NCBI RefSeq assembly: GCF_000150275.1
Contig: NW_002060943.1
Coordinates: 7,572,066-7,636,065, forward strand
DNA: 64,000 bases
Direction: 5' to 3'
Source of the DNA: Trichoplax adhaerens
Taxonomy: Eukaryota; Animalia; Placozoa
The notes beneath the pieces are model-generated. The model was not told the origin of the DNA. It saw only the letters and a list, made by a program, of their open reading frames with translations, and ran no database searches. The position numbers and the translations under genes were made by a program. Shown here one piece after another: positions 13,697-25,823 of the stretch. How positions within the stretch are numbered: position 1 is the first letter of the stretch; each line of letters begins with the position of its first letter.

Positions 13697-14910
13697 ACTG
13701 TTCACAATGGGAGCATCATTCTATGCAGTCTTACCATTTTCGTTCCCATATGGAATTGCAATGTATTTAATAACGTATCCAATTTTTTTATGAGAATATA
13801 TTAACTGTAGTATCCTTTTAATAGAAATGATGAATGAGAGTCATTATTATCAATGATGTAGCAAATAAGTTATTTATTACAAATACCGAACATAAGTAGC
13901 AGCTTTCCATCACCAATTTTGTACAGTGCCTAACCATTTGCTAAGCCAATCTTTCTTAAATAACATTTTTGCAAGGGTTTATAATTAATTTGTAATGTGA
14001 AATATATCGCATCAAATCAGCAGACTATAATATTCAGTTCAATTTTACGTTTTATATATATGTATATATGAAAGTGATTGATATCTACTAAAGTCAAGAA
14101 TAAGAGTTCTATGTTAGGATTTATTGCTGTATTGTATGTGTAAGAGCCTAGTTACTGTATTTCTTGTGTTATAATTTACTAGCTTTGCGAAAGATATTAT
14201 ACTTGGCGCATAAGATTTTTTCTTAAATTCATGAATACTGTATCTCGAAATTTATGCTTTGAAGATACAAATATCTTGCTATTGATGCTGCATCTCAGTT
14301 GAAAATATGCTTGTTCAAATTTGTTAGTGTATAGTGTATTGATTTGCAATTTTTTGTAGCAGCTTGGCAGATTACTGTACTTGTGCCTATCGTAAAGTTT
14401 TTGAAAGCGATCGCCCGTTGTATTGTATTATTAGGGCAGTACGGTTAAAAACTATTTTCCTTACAAGCCTTAAATATGTAATGTACTAAAAAATTAACTC
14501 TGAAAAGAACCAGTCTAAATCTGATTGAATGATCATTAACAAATAATAAAGATGTAAATCTGTTATGGAATATAAATTCGATTGTCTTCATCTTGCATTA
14601 TAAATCCCTATTTAGACTGAAATTAGCTATTTGATGAGACAGATCGTTGCAAATACTAATAGATTATTATAGCGCAGTTGTGTATTGCAGCCGTTAATTG
14701 ATATTCTGTAACAGGTTTTATCACAGACTCGAGGCTGACGTATATAAATTCAATTTCAAAATCATACCCGTTAGTTGAATTCCTTATCTAATAAATTATG
14801 TAAAATGATAGTAATATAAACACCATTATTATATAGTTAAATAGAGTATAATTATTTATAGTAAAAGCGTAATGAATCTAAAGGAGCACATTTATGTATA
14901 TCTTTGATGC

Positions 14911-16113
14911 TTACAATCTGTTTTCATCATTTTCGGGACAGAAAATAGCACAACGAAGTTTGGCTGATCTAGCTCTAGAATTATGAGCTATCTCTTCTGG
15001 GCTTGGATAAATTGGTTTTTTACAAATAAGTTTCCAAGGGCTATTTCTCTTTATGATTGATTTTGATTCGATCTTTGATTTACCTTCCTCACTTAAACGA
15101 GCATACTGCTTTGAAGAAGTTGGGCTACTCCGAGATGTAAAATCTGGTCGATCTTCGCCGTTGAAGAATTTTTTTACAATTCGATCTTCAAGTGAATGAA
15201 AACTGATAACTATTAATCTTCCTCCATTTTTGAGTAATGCTTTACAAGCATTCAAGCCCTGAACTAACTGCCATAATTCATCATTGATTAAGATTCTAAT
15301 TGCTTGAAACGTTCTTGTGGCTGGATGGATTTGGCCATCTTTACGATATTTGTAAGGGAATTGTCGATCAATAATGTCAACCAAATGGTCTGTTGTAGTG
15401 ATAGGTTGTTTTTTCCTAGCTTTAATAATAGCTGTAGCAATTGCTCGTGCTTTCCTTTCTTCTCCATAGTTCCACAAGACATCAGCTAAATCTTCTTTAT
15501 CGATATTATTAATTACATGAGCAGCAGTGATACGATGTTGGTGCTCTTTCAATCCAATATAACTACCCTGTCGATAGCATGTAATAAGTGATCTTTTCTC
15601 TGTCTTGCTACTGCCTATTTCATCCGATGTAGCATCCATCCTCATATCGAGTGGACCACTAGATTGAAATGAAAATCCTCGTAGTGGATCATCAATTTGC
15701 ATGGAAGACATACCTAAATCGAAAATGATGCCATCCATTGAATTAGGAGGTAATTTTTCTTGAGCTAATAATTTGTTTTCCATTTGACCAAAGCGACACT
15801 GTACAACTTTTAAGCGTTGTATCCAATTTGATGTTGTCGATGCAAGTTGTTTAGCTCGAGCAATTGCTAAAGGATCAGTATCGATCGCATAAATCTGACA
15901 GTCAGTAGCTGCTTTGAGGATAGCGGAGGTATGACCACCTCCACCAAAAGTTGCATCGATATAGCTTTGTCCATTAGCTGGTGCTAGTAATTTGACTACA
16001 GTATCAAGTAGGACAGGCTGATGTTTCAAGACAGAGCAGTGCCTGATATGATTATTATCATATGCGTACCTGTAACTTGTTAAGGTATGACGAAAACGCC
16101 AGTAGCATTTCAT
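14911..16113 (-). CDS. METTL15: Mitochondrial 12S rRNA m4C methyltransferase (RsmH/MraW family), intronless CDS
   Basis: 400 aa ORF with HQPVLL, YIDATFGGGGHT, DLGMSSMQID...RGFSF...GPLDMRM, YGEE, HPATRTFQAIRI, ISFHSLEDRIVK and RARSAKLR. It has a basic N-terminal presequence-like extension. Confidence 0.95.
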   Translation of the reverse strand: MKCYWRFRHTLTSYRYAYDNNHIRHCSVLKHQPVLLDTVVKLLAPANGQSYIDATFGGGGHTSAILKAATDCQIYAIDTDPLAIARAKQLASTTSNWIQRLKVVQCRFGQMENKLLAQEKLPPNSMDGIIFDLGMSSMQIDDPLRGFSFQSSGPLDMRMDATSDEIGSSKTEKRSLITCYRQGSYIGLKEHQHRITAAHVINNIDKEDLADVLWNYGEERKARAIATAIIKARKKQPITTTDHLVDIIDRQFPYKYRKDGQIHPATRTFQAIRILINDELWQLVQGLNACKALLKNGGRLIVISFHSLEDRIVKKFFNGEDRPDFTSRSSPTSSKQYARLSEEGKSKIESKSIIKRNSPWKLICKKPIYPSPEEIAHNSRARSAKLRCAIFCPENDENRL

Positions 16114-17032
16114 ATCGAAGTGATGAAGAAGAAGCAGAAGATAGAGCTAAGGAGTTAGAAAGTAAAAATATACTTTATGATCATACAGCAGGTATCTACA
16201 TCATTTACAATGGACAGTCTTATGCATAATCTACAAGGAAGTAACAGAAACTACTTACCAATTCAACTTAAGCTATACTTCTATTCATTGATATCCTTAA
16301 TGTAGAAGTAGAGCTGGAAATAGGAATCGCTACCAACACCTGAGCTCCTCCAGTTGCCTCTATTTTTTGAGCTGGAAAAGACAGTCGCTTTGCTTTACCC
16401 TGCACTTGTTAGACCAATAACTGTATGAATCGGTTCAGCTGATTCAGTACCAACTGATCAATACTACCAGTAGTTACGATGATAAAATCGAATATTTTGT
16501 TGATATTTATCGTTGCAGAGACAATTAGTATCTTGGTTTTGCTTGTGATTTGCAGCTAGCCTGTTGCCCTGTTGCAGAGTTCGACCTGACAAGCGCCGGT
16601 GATACTTACTCACTATAGAATGCCAAGCTCTGTATTGAACAGTCTACTACCATACTGTATGCGATTTGCTTCTCGATACTATAGTAGGATTAGGGCGAGT
16701 CCGTCTCCTTGACGACGGCAAACGTTGGGTATAAGATAATCGAGCTGCTAAAACTTGAGTAAATTTCGTTATTCCGTTACTCATGTTTGCGTAGCGATAC
16801 TCATGATCGTTGGATTTAGCCAGAGGCCAAAATTCAAATCCAGCGGTAAAATCAAGGCTCTCCAGTATCCAGTCTAGCTCTCAGTATCGTGTTCCGAACG
16901 TGAGCTGCTGTCTATACTACAGCTGTAGTCGAATGCAAGGTTAGTTTGCTAAGGCTAAAATCGACCCTAGCTAGGCAAGATTCCCAACTATCCTTCTACG
17001 AAACTCTTCTTCTTGCAGACCATTTTGCAGAG

Positions 17033-18926
17033 ATGCAAGCTATTATCAAGGTAGATCCTGTCGAACGCCTTCAAGCCGAGCATAGAATATGGAAAATTTC
17101 TCATCCAAAGGTCGGTGATCCATCCATCAATTAGTATTCTCGTGTATGCAGGATAGTCAGGTCGTCATGGAGAGAAATTGAAGTGGAAACAGTGTGAGAA
17201 CTTGCTGCAAATAGTCCATTACATTATGCCAAGATAATATTTCGAAGAGAATTGCCTATAAACTACCATGGCTAATATAGTGTGTTGCAGCTCTTCCCCT
17301 TTGTAATAGAAGACTAGTTAGTATTGATGCGAGATAGAGAAAGAATTCAAAGATTTATTAAATGAATGCATGTAGCACTCCTAGTTGTTAGTTTGCAATA
17401 AACGATAAGTTAGTGGTAGTATTGATAATAGCTTGCTCATAAGGTAAATAAATAAATTCAAGATGATAGTAAATGTCGACGTGTTTAGCGATCGCTAGCA
17501 TGGTGATAACCCTTTCACCGTAAAGAGTAATGCTGATCTGTTATCGTGCTATAAATACAATCCATGGTATTCACTATTTTTCTCCATTCTATTATTCGTC
17601 ATGATAGGATTTCGAAGCCGATCCTATGATTGCTAGCGATGGCAGTGAAGACTGGCTTACGTGGCTGTGTGGTAAGAAAATTGAGCAAATCAAAATTATA
17701 GTTAATCTTACGTATTTAGATAGATCAATGACTGACGTAGAATTCTTAGCCATCAAACTAGTGTATAAAAATGATGAAACATGATAATAGAAAGATTATG
17801 CTCTCAATTTATTCTTCGATGCTTTTAACATTTATTAATTATTATTATCTTACAGTTATCCCGGGACCAACCAAGGTATCGCCGAAATCAAGCAATCATC
17901 ATCACTTTGTCTAACTACTCTTTCAATTTTGTATATGTGTTCTGTGCCGAGTCTTATGAATTTTTAATATATAGTTTTATCAGTAGTTATAGAGTATTAC
18001 TTACCTGATTAGGCTTTCTCCTATTTGTTTATAACTTATGACTGCACTACTAGACTTGTTGGGAAAATGGCCGCTTTAGATTAATGATTTACTATCCTAA
18101 GGATTATCCGGATAAACCACCAAAATGTCAGTTAATATCTAAATTTTTCATCACTTGATACACTCTAATTTCACGTTGAATACCATGCGTGTATTCCCCT
18201 GTTTACTCAATTTTACGATTATTATGATATTTAGGTCAATTTCAGCCTCCACTGTTTCATCCTAACATATTCCTTTCCGGAACTGTAGCACTATCAATCT
18301 TGGAAGAAGACTGGAAACCAACGCTGACTATCAAGGATGTAATGCCTAAAATTTGTCATGAAATATTCAATTATAAATCATGTGCTTTATTTTGTAATAG
18401 CCCATCTTCGATAATTGAAGTAGTACGAAGAGTTCTGCTCTAATCAGCACACAGTACTTATGTCTCTCCATGAGTCATAGCACGTTGGAACGAAATTTTC
18501 CAAACTCTGATACACTGCTTAACTATTGATCGAACTTAAATCTATTAGATTCTACCTGGGATTCAGATGTTACTGAAAGAACCCAATATGAACAACCCTG
18601 CCCATGCTATGGCTTACACACTGCACAAGTAAGTAATCTCTTGTGTCTGTGTCTATTGTTGATATTATTAAATCAAACACATTTAATAACTGAAAAGACA
18701 GAGTATACCACTAGGTTACAAGTAATTCGCACAGTAACAATCTTTTGGCATTTAATGATTTTATAGATTTCTATTGAAATATCATGCTATAGTTCTTAAA
18801 TTATACGCTAATACCTATTTAACTACAACGATGAAAATGTCTTATAGGACTTCTCTCTTTGAATATAACAATCGAATTCGGCAGCAGGTAGCGAAAAGTA
18901 TCCAAAATAATTCGTGGCGGTACTAA
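17033..18926 (+). CDS. Ubc9/UBE2I-like SUMO E2 paralog lacking the catalytic cysteine
   Basis: Exons 17033-17110, 17608-17671, 17856-17875, 18054-18126, 18235-18338, 18549-18628 and 18848-18926 splice in frame to [165 protein letters not shown]. This is colinear with Ubc9. Confidence 0.9.
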
Positions 18927-19337
18927 TAACAACTTGTAAAATTTTTTGTATAAAGTTCGACAATAAAGGAAATAAAAAAATTCACTCTTTATTGGACACT
19001 TATGTACTACAGAGATTGTTTCATTAAGGTAGAATGATAGAAATATCTGTTCTTATTTCATAAATATTTGATCCATTGCACTGTAACTGCCAAGGCTGTA
19101 AACATTATCCATAATATAGTTGGCATACCATGCAAAAAGCGTCATTATCACCATTGCTTTATAATTTGTCAGACGTTAACCAAGTAACCAATTGACACAA
19201 GCAGCAAATGATACAATAATGTTGTTTTTCCATTTTTAACATTTAATGTGAAGATAATCTGAATATGTAACAAGAATTTAGTTTATACAGTACACGTCAT
19301 TTGAAATTCAGTTAAAAATGTTAAATTATGGTTCAAA

Positions 19338-22300
19338 TCATTTTCCTTCAGCAATGATCCCTATTTAAATAAAATATTAGCTTAAGATTCAAAACAGAGA
19401 AGTAAGATTATTTGCTGAAACGATGAAAAAGGAATTTCTATATACTATTTACCAACCTTCGTTAGCAGTTAGCTTTTTCCGCCTCGTAACGGCTTCATAA
19501 ATCAAAGAACTAAATATGTGTATCATCCCAGATGTCGCAAAAATGCCACCCACTATCCCGCATAGTCTAATCAAAAGTTGACCAAATGGCACTCGTGCTT
19601 CAGTAACTTGAACAGAAATTGGAGATAAATCATACTTGAAGAAAAGACCTGTAGGTATTAAAGTCGGAAAACATTCATTTCAAGAATGGATAGAGACTGA
19701 AAATATTAAAATATGCGGTATCAAAGTTGTAAATTCTATTACCAGACACCCCGTGTTTGCCATTCATGTGGTCTACTTTTGAGAACTTGAAGAGTAAAAC
19801 AATCGTTAAATTAGAAAATCTGTCATTAATGAATGTCTTTCCAATGTAACAAAACTGGAAAGGTATCCTTGGCAATAAAGTACAATATCTTGAGAACTTA
19901 CGTGTTCTGTTACGGAATACTGATAGGTATCAATGGCAACGGAAAAAGTTTTAACTTTAGTGGGGACAATTTTTATGAAATACTGATACATTTTATCCGC
20001 TATAATTAAATGAATTTCAGACAATATTAGCGGAACATTGAGAATACTTCTTGATGACAGTTCGTAATTCATTTCAGTATGTACTATTACAATATATGTA
20101 ATTATCCTTACTAATTTTAGTGATAAATTCCACACCATCTAGAGGGTTAATGACATTAGGAGCGGCAACTCCAAAAGCCAGTAAATCGATTCGATGTGAG
20201 AAATTAACAGCTATTTTAAGAGAAAGATAAATATTAAGTTTAGTAGAGTTTCTGACGAAAGAAATGGTACCAAATTAATTTTTCAAGCGTCTCAAGTGTT
20301 AAATGTTTATCAATTACTAACATTCCCTTGGTACAAGATCCGATACATGTGCGTGACCCATTGGATGATTTATTGACCTTTGCAAAAGAATTTATCCATT
20401 AAAGATTTATCTGAATACATTCATAATCTGTATAGAAGCCTTACATTCCTGCCGTGACATGAAAATTACCAGCTACCTATTTTAAATTAGAAATAAGTTC
20501 GCATAAAATTACGTAAGCGTTTAGAATTAGTAAACTTATAGAAATCAATTGCTGCTATACAAAACTCCAATGTAATCGACACTGATGTAATTGTTTAGCA
20601 CAAACGTTAAAACGTATTCTAATCATTCAGCATACTTTATTAAGAGGTATATTTCCATGAATTCTGCAAGCATCTTTCGGCGAATGTGATTCACTAGCAC
20701 TCCTAGATAATATATTTGCATGTATATATTTACTACATAATAATCTCAGAGCACTTTAGGCTAATCATGGCATCATCACTATTTCTTATTGACTATGCAC
20801 CATGTCAAAAATATTCGCAGGGACGTGAGAATTTGGTGGAAGAAGGGTAACATTTTTACTCGAGTAGTCCCTGATATTAGTCTACATTTTTGACTGCAAT
20901 CAGATTGATTACCTTGGAGGCATCGATGAAGCTAATCCAAGAGGATGTTGTAAAATTTTGTTAACTTCTCGATAACTATCTTTGCTACCACGCTTTCTAA
21001 GATTGTGAAATTTCCTAATTTTGTATATAAACAAGTTAATTCAACTTCATAAATAGCTAGTTGCAGTATAAAATTACTATAGCAAGTCTGATATAAAAAT
21101 TCTTACTTCCACCACTTCTTTTGCTCTTTAGTTAGTACGAAATAGGCCTAAAATAAGAATGAGTATTGATCACTTATGTTATGTTGAACCACTCCATTAT
21201 ATACTTATATTATGCAAACATACATCTTCCTTTATTAGCTGCTCACTATCGTCGACCGTGGCAGACGCTAAATCTAAAACATCGGCACCTAAATCTGTAA
21301 AAACGCATAAATTCTTTGTAAATACGTGTATGTCTTATTACTTATAATAACAGTCTACCAAACTTTCCGCCCGAAAGTACTGCTAAAGAGTCATCGCTAA
21401 TAGAATTGAAAGAATTCTTTTCGATTCTATAACGATTTATTAGTATTATTTATCATAGAGATATCACACAGAAAAGCTATCCAACCTCTGCATTTCATTG
21501 CAATCGTTAAATCCAAATGTAGCATCATTTTACTAAAAAAAGTCATGTCAAATATATCGAGTAGATAACCATTAGTAAAGGCAATCGTGGTATGGCTAAA
21601 GATTAAAGACCTAAACAGTGTTTAGGCTAAGGCTGCAATAAGACTAAAATCGAGAATATGTAAATAATGTAATAGGATAAAGAATTTAGCATACAATACA
21701 GTGCATATTTGATAACTCTACAGTCAACGTACGATAGGAAATCCGTTGAATAACCGTAGTGACGTATTGCAATCAACAAGATTTACCTTTGAATATCTTT
21801 GTCAACGCTGTAATTATATTTTACCCCAGAAAAGGAATAATCGACCAATTCCATTATAACCATGATGGTAATGAGGAAGAAAGCTGTCACCGATGCTGTA
21901 AGAAAATAATATAGGTATTAACAACAGTCACTATATAGTATACAGACTTCTCGGCGAAATCCTTTTAATTTACACGAATTACTATTATTATAATTTAAGA
22001 AGTAAATCGCTAAAAGTAAATGTTATACGATACTGCCAGAATAAAACTTTGGCCACGTAATATAATATCTACAAGATCATTAGAAGTAACGCTTTTTATC
22101 ACTTGTTAGTTGAATAGGTGCTAATCGGTTTGCAAAATGCAGAAGCCATTGCCATGATGCGCTAAGCAGTCCTATCTATTACAAAGGCTAAACTATTAGG
22201 GCAAGTCCTTATCATACTATATTATTGTATCACTATTAAATCATAATTACTGAAGTTAAGATAATTCAGCTCTCCCAAATTTCCTATAGATGTAAACTTG

Positions 22301-23990
22301 GACCAAATGAGGTTCACAAAAAGCATTAACAATAACACTTTTATCGTTTTGTTAATTAAATACGTAAGTGCAAATCGGTTTACAAATATAGAAGCTGTTA
22401 TTAATATCCATGACGTTTAACATGATGTTTTAATCATCCTGCATTTTCTATGTTGGCATAGACTTTAAAACAGACGTCCACAAGGATATTATTGTACAAT
22501 CTTTTGTCTACAATGAGGCACAATTGGTACATCCATCCAACCTATCTAATAGAGTATCGCGCTGTTATAGAAAAGCTTGCAATAAACTTCGTCTATCACT
22601 AATTTGAGCTAGTTCTTTAATGCGATTTAGTTGTACGCACTAGCTGCTTTAGGCTGCCTTTAACGTTCTTACTGATCCTATTGATTAATATCTTTAGTAA
22701 AAAATATTCATATATTATTCTACTTTATATGGACACTTGCACTTACAAGCTACTTGTAGCTCATTTATTAATAATCTACTGGATTTTGACATGGAGACCT
22801 CACAGTCTGCATTCTTCTTAACCGGTGATATTGCTAAAGTCTGCAGACTAATTCGATCTGTATATACGAACATTACAAAGTATACATTGGCTAATCACTG
22901 TGATAACTTTTTTACGCGTATTTAAAGGTTTTACAATAGCACCTACATACTGATACTCAGTAGTTAAACGTATTGATCAACTCAAGATCGTAATTAACAG
23001 CCTATAATCAACATGAATTTGAATGGTAATGTTTACTTTACAACTCTTGGTTAGTACTGCTAAAATGTCCATTTAACGCTATTATCGAAATATTAGTGAG
23101 TAACGTTCTTCAGCTGAAAATATCTGTACAATAACTTTCTTTTGCAGGATACTTGTATTTATCTTATTGATCAATTAAAGATCGTAATACTGTCGATAAA
23201 GTAACTTGCAGTCTACAAAAGTCTCTTTCTCTAGACTCTCTAGTCTACATTATCCTTATATCAAAGATCCTGTAGAAATCTTGCTTGGCCATATTAATAA
23301 TATATCGATGTGCGTAGGTAGTATGCGATGGCTAGTAGCATCATAACGTTCAAGTATTTTGTACAGTCTTTTACTTCAAGTAGTATCTACAAGACACTTG
23401 TAATTCATTTATTGATTAACTCGAGATTATAACGAATAGCTGAAAGTCTATATTCTCCCTCTCTCTCAATACTAACGACTATAATCACGATTGATCAGTG
23501 TAATATTAAATCGTCAAAAAATGGAATCAACTTTGAAAAGCTTCCTATATGTTAACGATCAATTGTACGATCTACTGTACATCAATGAAGGAGAAATGGG
23601 GTTAACAACCAACCGATATGGCCAATAAAAGCATCTATTTATTAGACACTGTCTAGACTATACAATCTGAAGCTACTACAGTAAATCAATTATTAAAAAT
23701 CTGCCCAATAGGACGTTAACTGTCGATTTGCATGTGAATAATGATGTAGCAAATAGAAGGAATACATGTGTAGACAAAAGCCTCCTTCAAACCATATACA
23801 TAGGGTTGATCAATCGATAATACTACGATACGAGGGCTGTTTCAAAGCTAAAATAATCTATTTTTATGGACATTATACCTGTACCACCACTGGTACTCGA
23901 TTCCTTGCAGTCTTCGGCAATTTTAGGGAATGCATCGAGTTTTTTCACTTCTTGTAATCGTTCTCGATTTCTCTTTGAAATACGCAGCAT
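19338..23990 (-). CDS. ERGIC2: ER-Golgi intermediate compartment protein 2 (Erv41-like)
   Basis: MLRISKRNRERLQEVKKLDAFPKIAEDCKESSTSGGT...LDLTIAMKCRDLGADVLDL...DACRIHGNIPLNKVAGNFHVTAG...NFSHRIDLLAFG...NPLDG...MYQYFIKIVPT...YQYSVTEH...GLFFKYDLSPI...LCGIVGGIFATSG. The last few codons are uncertain. Confidence 0.93.
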
Positions 23991-25823
23991 TTCTCTTAGC
24001 GGATGACTTTGACTTTAGTGGAGAAGGATAAAATTAGCGAGTTTTTCAATCACTCTATTTACTATCAGCACTCAATACACAAAATTTTACTGATCTCTCG
24101 ATTATCATCAACAGGAAAAGCTCCTTTTTACAGTGATATCTATTAAAATAATCAATATTAGGGTAGTAAAATAATGAAGATGCAGCTCCAACTTTTGGCC
24201 TAGGTAATTCAAAATGTCGCCTACTGATTGACATTGAGCAATCGAGTATAGAATGGAGTATACTGTCTCGTACAGCACTAATGCAATCATATTGTTGTTG
24301 TATACATAGAGTACGGTCCAAAGTCTGTATGTCTGAGTAATGCATCACGCATGCTTACTTTGAGACTTCTTGCGCAAGCAGCTCGTGAGCTCTGGACCTC
24401 TGGACTGCATTTTGCAACGCATTAAAATTGCTCGGATTCAACGGTTAAACTTTTTTAAACTATTAAAACTATAATTAATAGAGAATACATGGAAATGATA
24501 TCTTGTGTCGAACCAGAAGTGGATGTGATCAAATGGCTGATTGAGCAAATTTGGTCAGTAGTTAATATCTCTGATTTCCAGGGGACAGCAATGATAACTT
24601 TAAATTTGTAAGGCAAGACAAAATCATTCTTGTACTGTATATTTATAGTTACGTACAATTAGGAATGATCCAAATTCGAACTTGCCTTCCCATGGCTTAA
24701 AGCAGATTGTAAAACAACTGTGCAGTGATAACATGAAAAGGGAAACATTGCCAATGGCCGATAATCTAAAAATAGATTTGATCAGCATTGACACTTAGCT
24801 TCCAAAGCAAGACGAAATCAGTCGTGCCCATTTGCATTCTCTTACGCTTACTAATTAATTAATTGTAATCTTTATCATTCACCTAATAAATTGCCCTACC
24901 ATTGCTTAAAGCACTTGCAAAAGGAAGTAAATAAAGATCTTATAAAAAAATACTATATTGAAATTTGTGTTTTAAATTGTGCTACTGTAGGTTATCATGT
25001 TTTTATCTTGTACCATCTCACAATTTCCTTTACCTAATATCATTTCGAATTTATAACCCTTAAAACATGTTCATATCATAGCACTAAGTTGCCATAAAGT
25101 AGTTTTGACTATTGACAGCTCAAGTAAACGCCAAAAGTATCTACGGCACACACGCTAATTTGTAATCAAATTATTGTAGATGTCATCTGTAAGAGTGTAA
25201 TGTAATAGTAATAAAAGTTATAAGATAAGAAATTTAGCCGTTTATCACGAAAATCCTACATTAGATACTCATACGAGTAGGTAATTTTAAATACATTTTA
25301 AAGATCTATCGTTAACAAAGATTTAGTATCGATCCACTATTTTCATCATAATCCTTAATATAAGATATCATAAAATTACAATCTTGACTTAATGTTAAAG
25401 TACAACTGGAGACATCCAGAGATATATATAAAAGATAAAGCATATTTTTAATCACAGCATGACCTTTCAGCTAAATCTTCAAATAAAACTTAGCTTCATA
25501 AACAATTTGAATTTCACAAAATTAATATTGAGTAAAACTAGGTGCAGCCGTTCATGAATTGTTACAGTAAAAAATTATTGTCCATAAATCTTAAATGAAA
25601 TTACAGTACTTAAAAATTTCGAATGCAATTATATTACAATTTCGTTTCCAATGCTACGCAATTAAATTAAGGAGTAATTACTAAAAAATCTAAATCATAA
25701 CACAAGTTATGTGCCTTTATACAGTAACATATATATTTATAATTTATCATAAAATTCTAAATACCTATATATAATACAATAGCTAATGGTTACGAGAGAA
25801 ATGCAGAACTCTTTCTGTACTCC

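Noticed and set aside
24455-24770. Small spliced minus-strand gene between ERGIC2 and LIN9
   Set aside because: Exon-like splice signals exist, but the translations resemble nothing recognisable. It may be UTR or non-coding.
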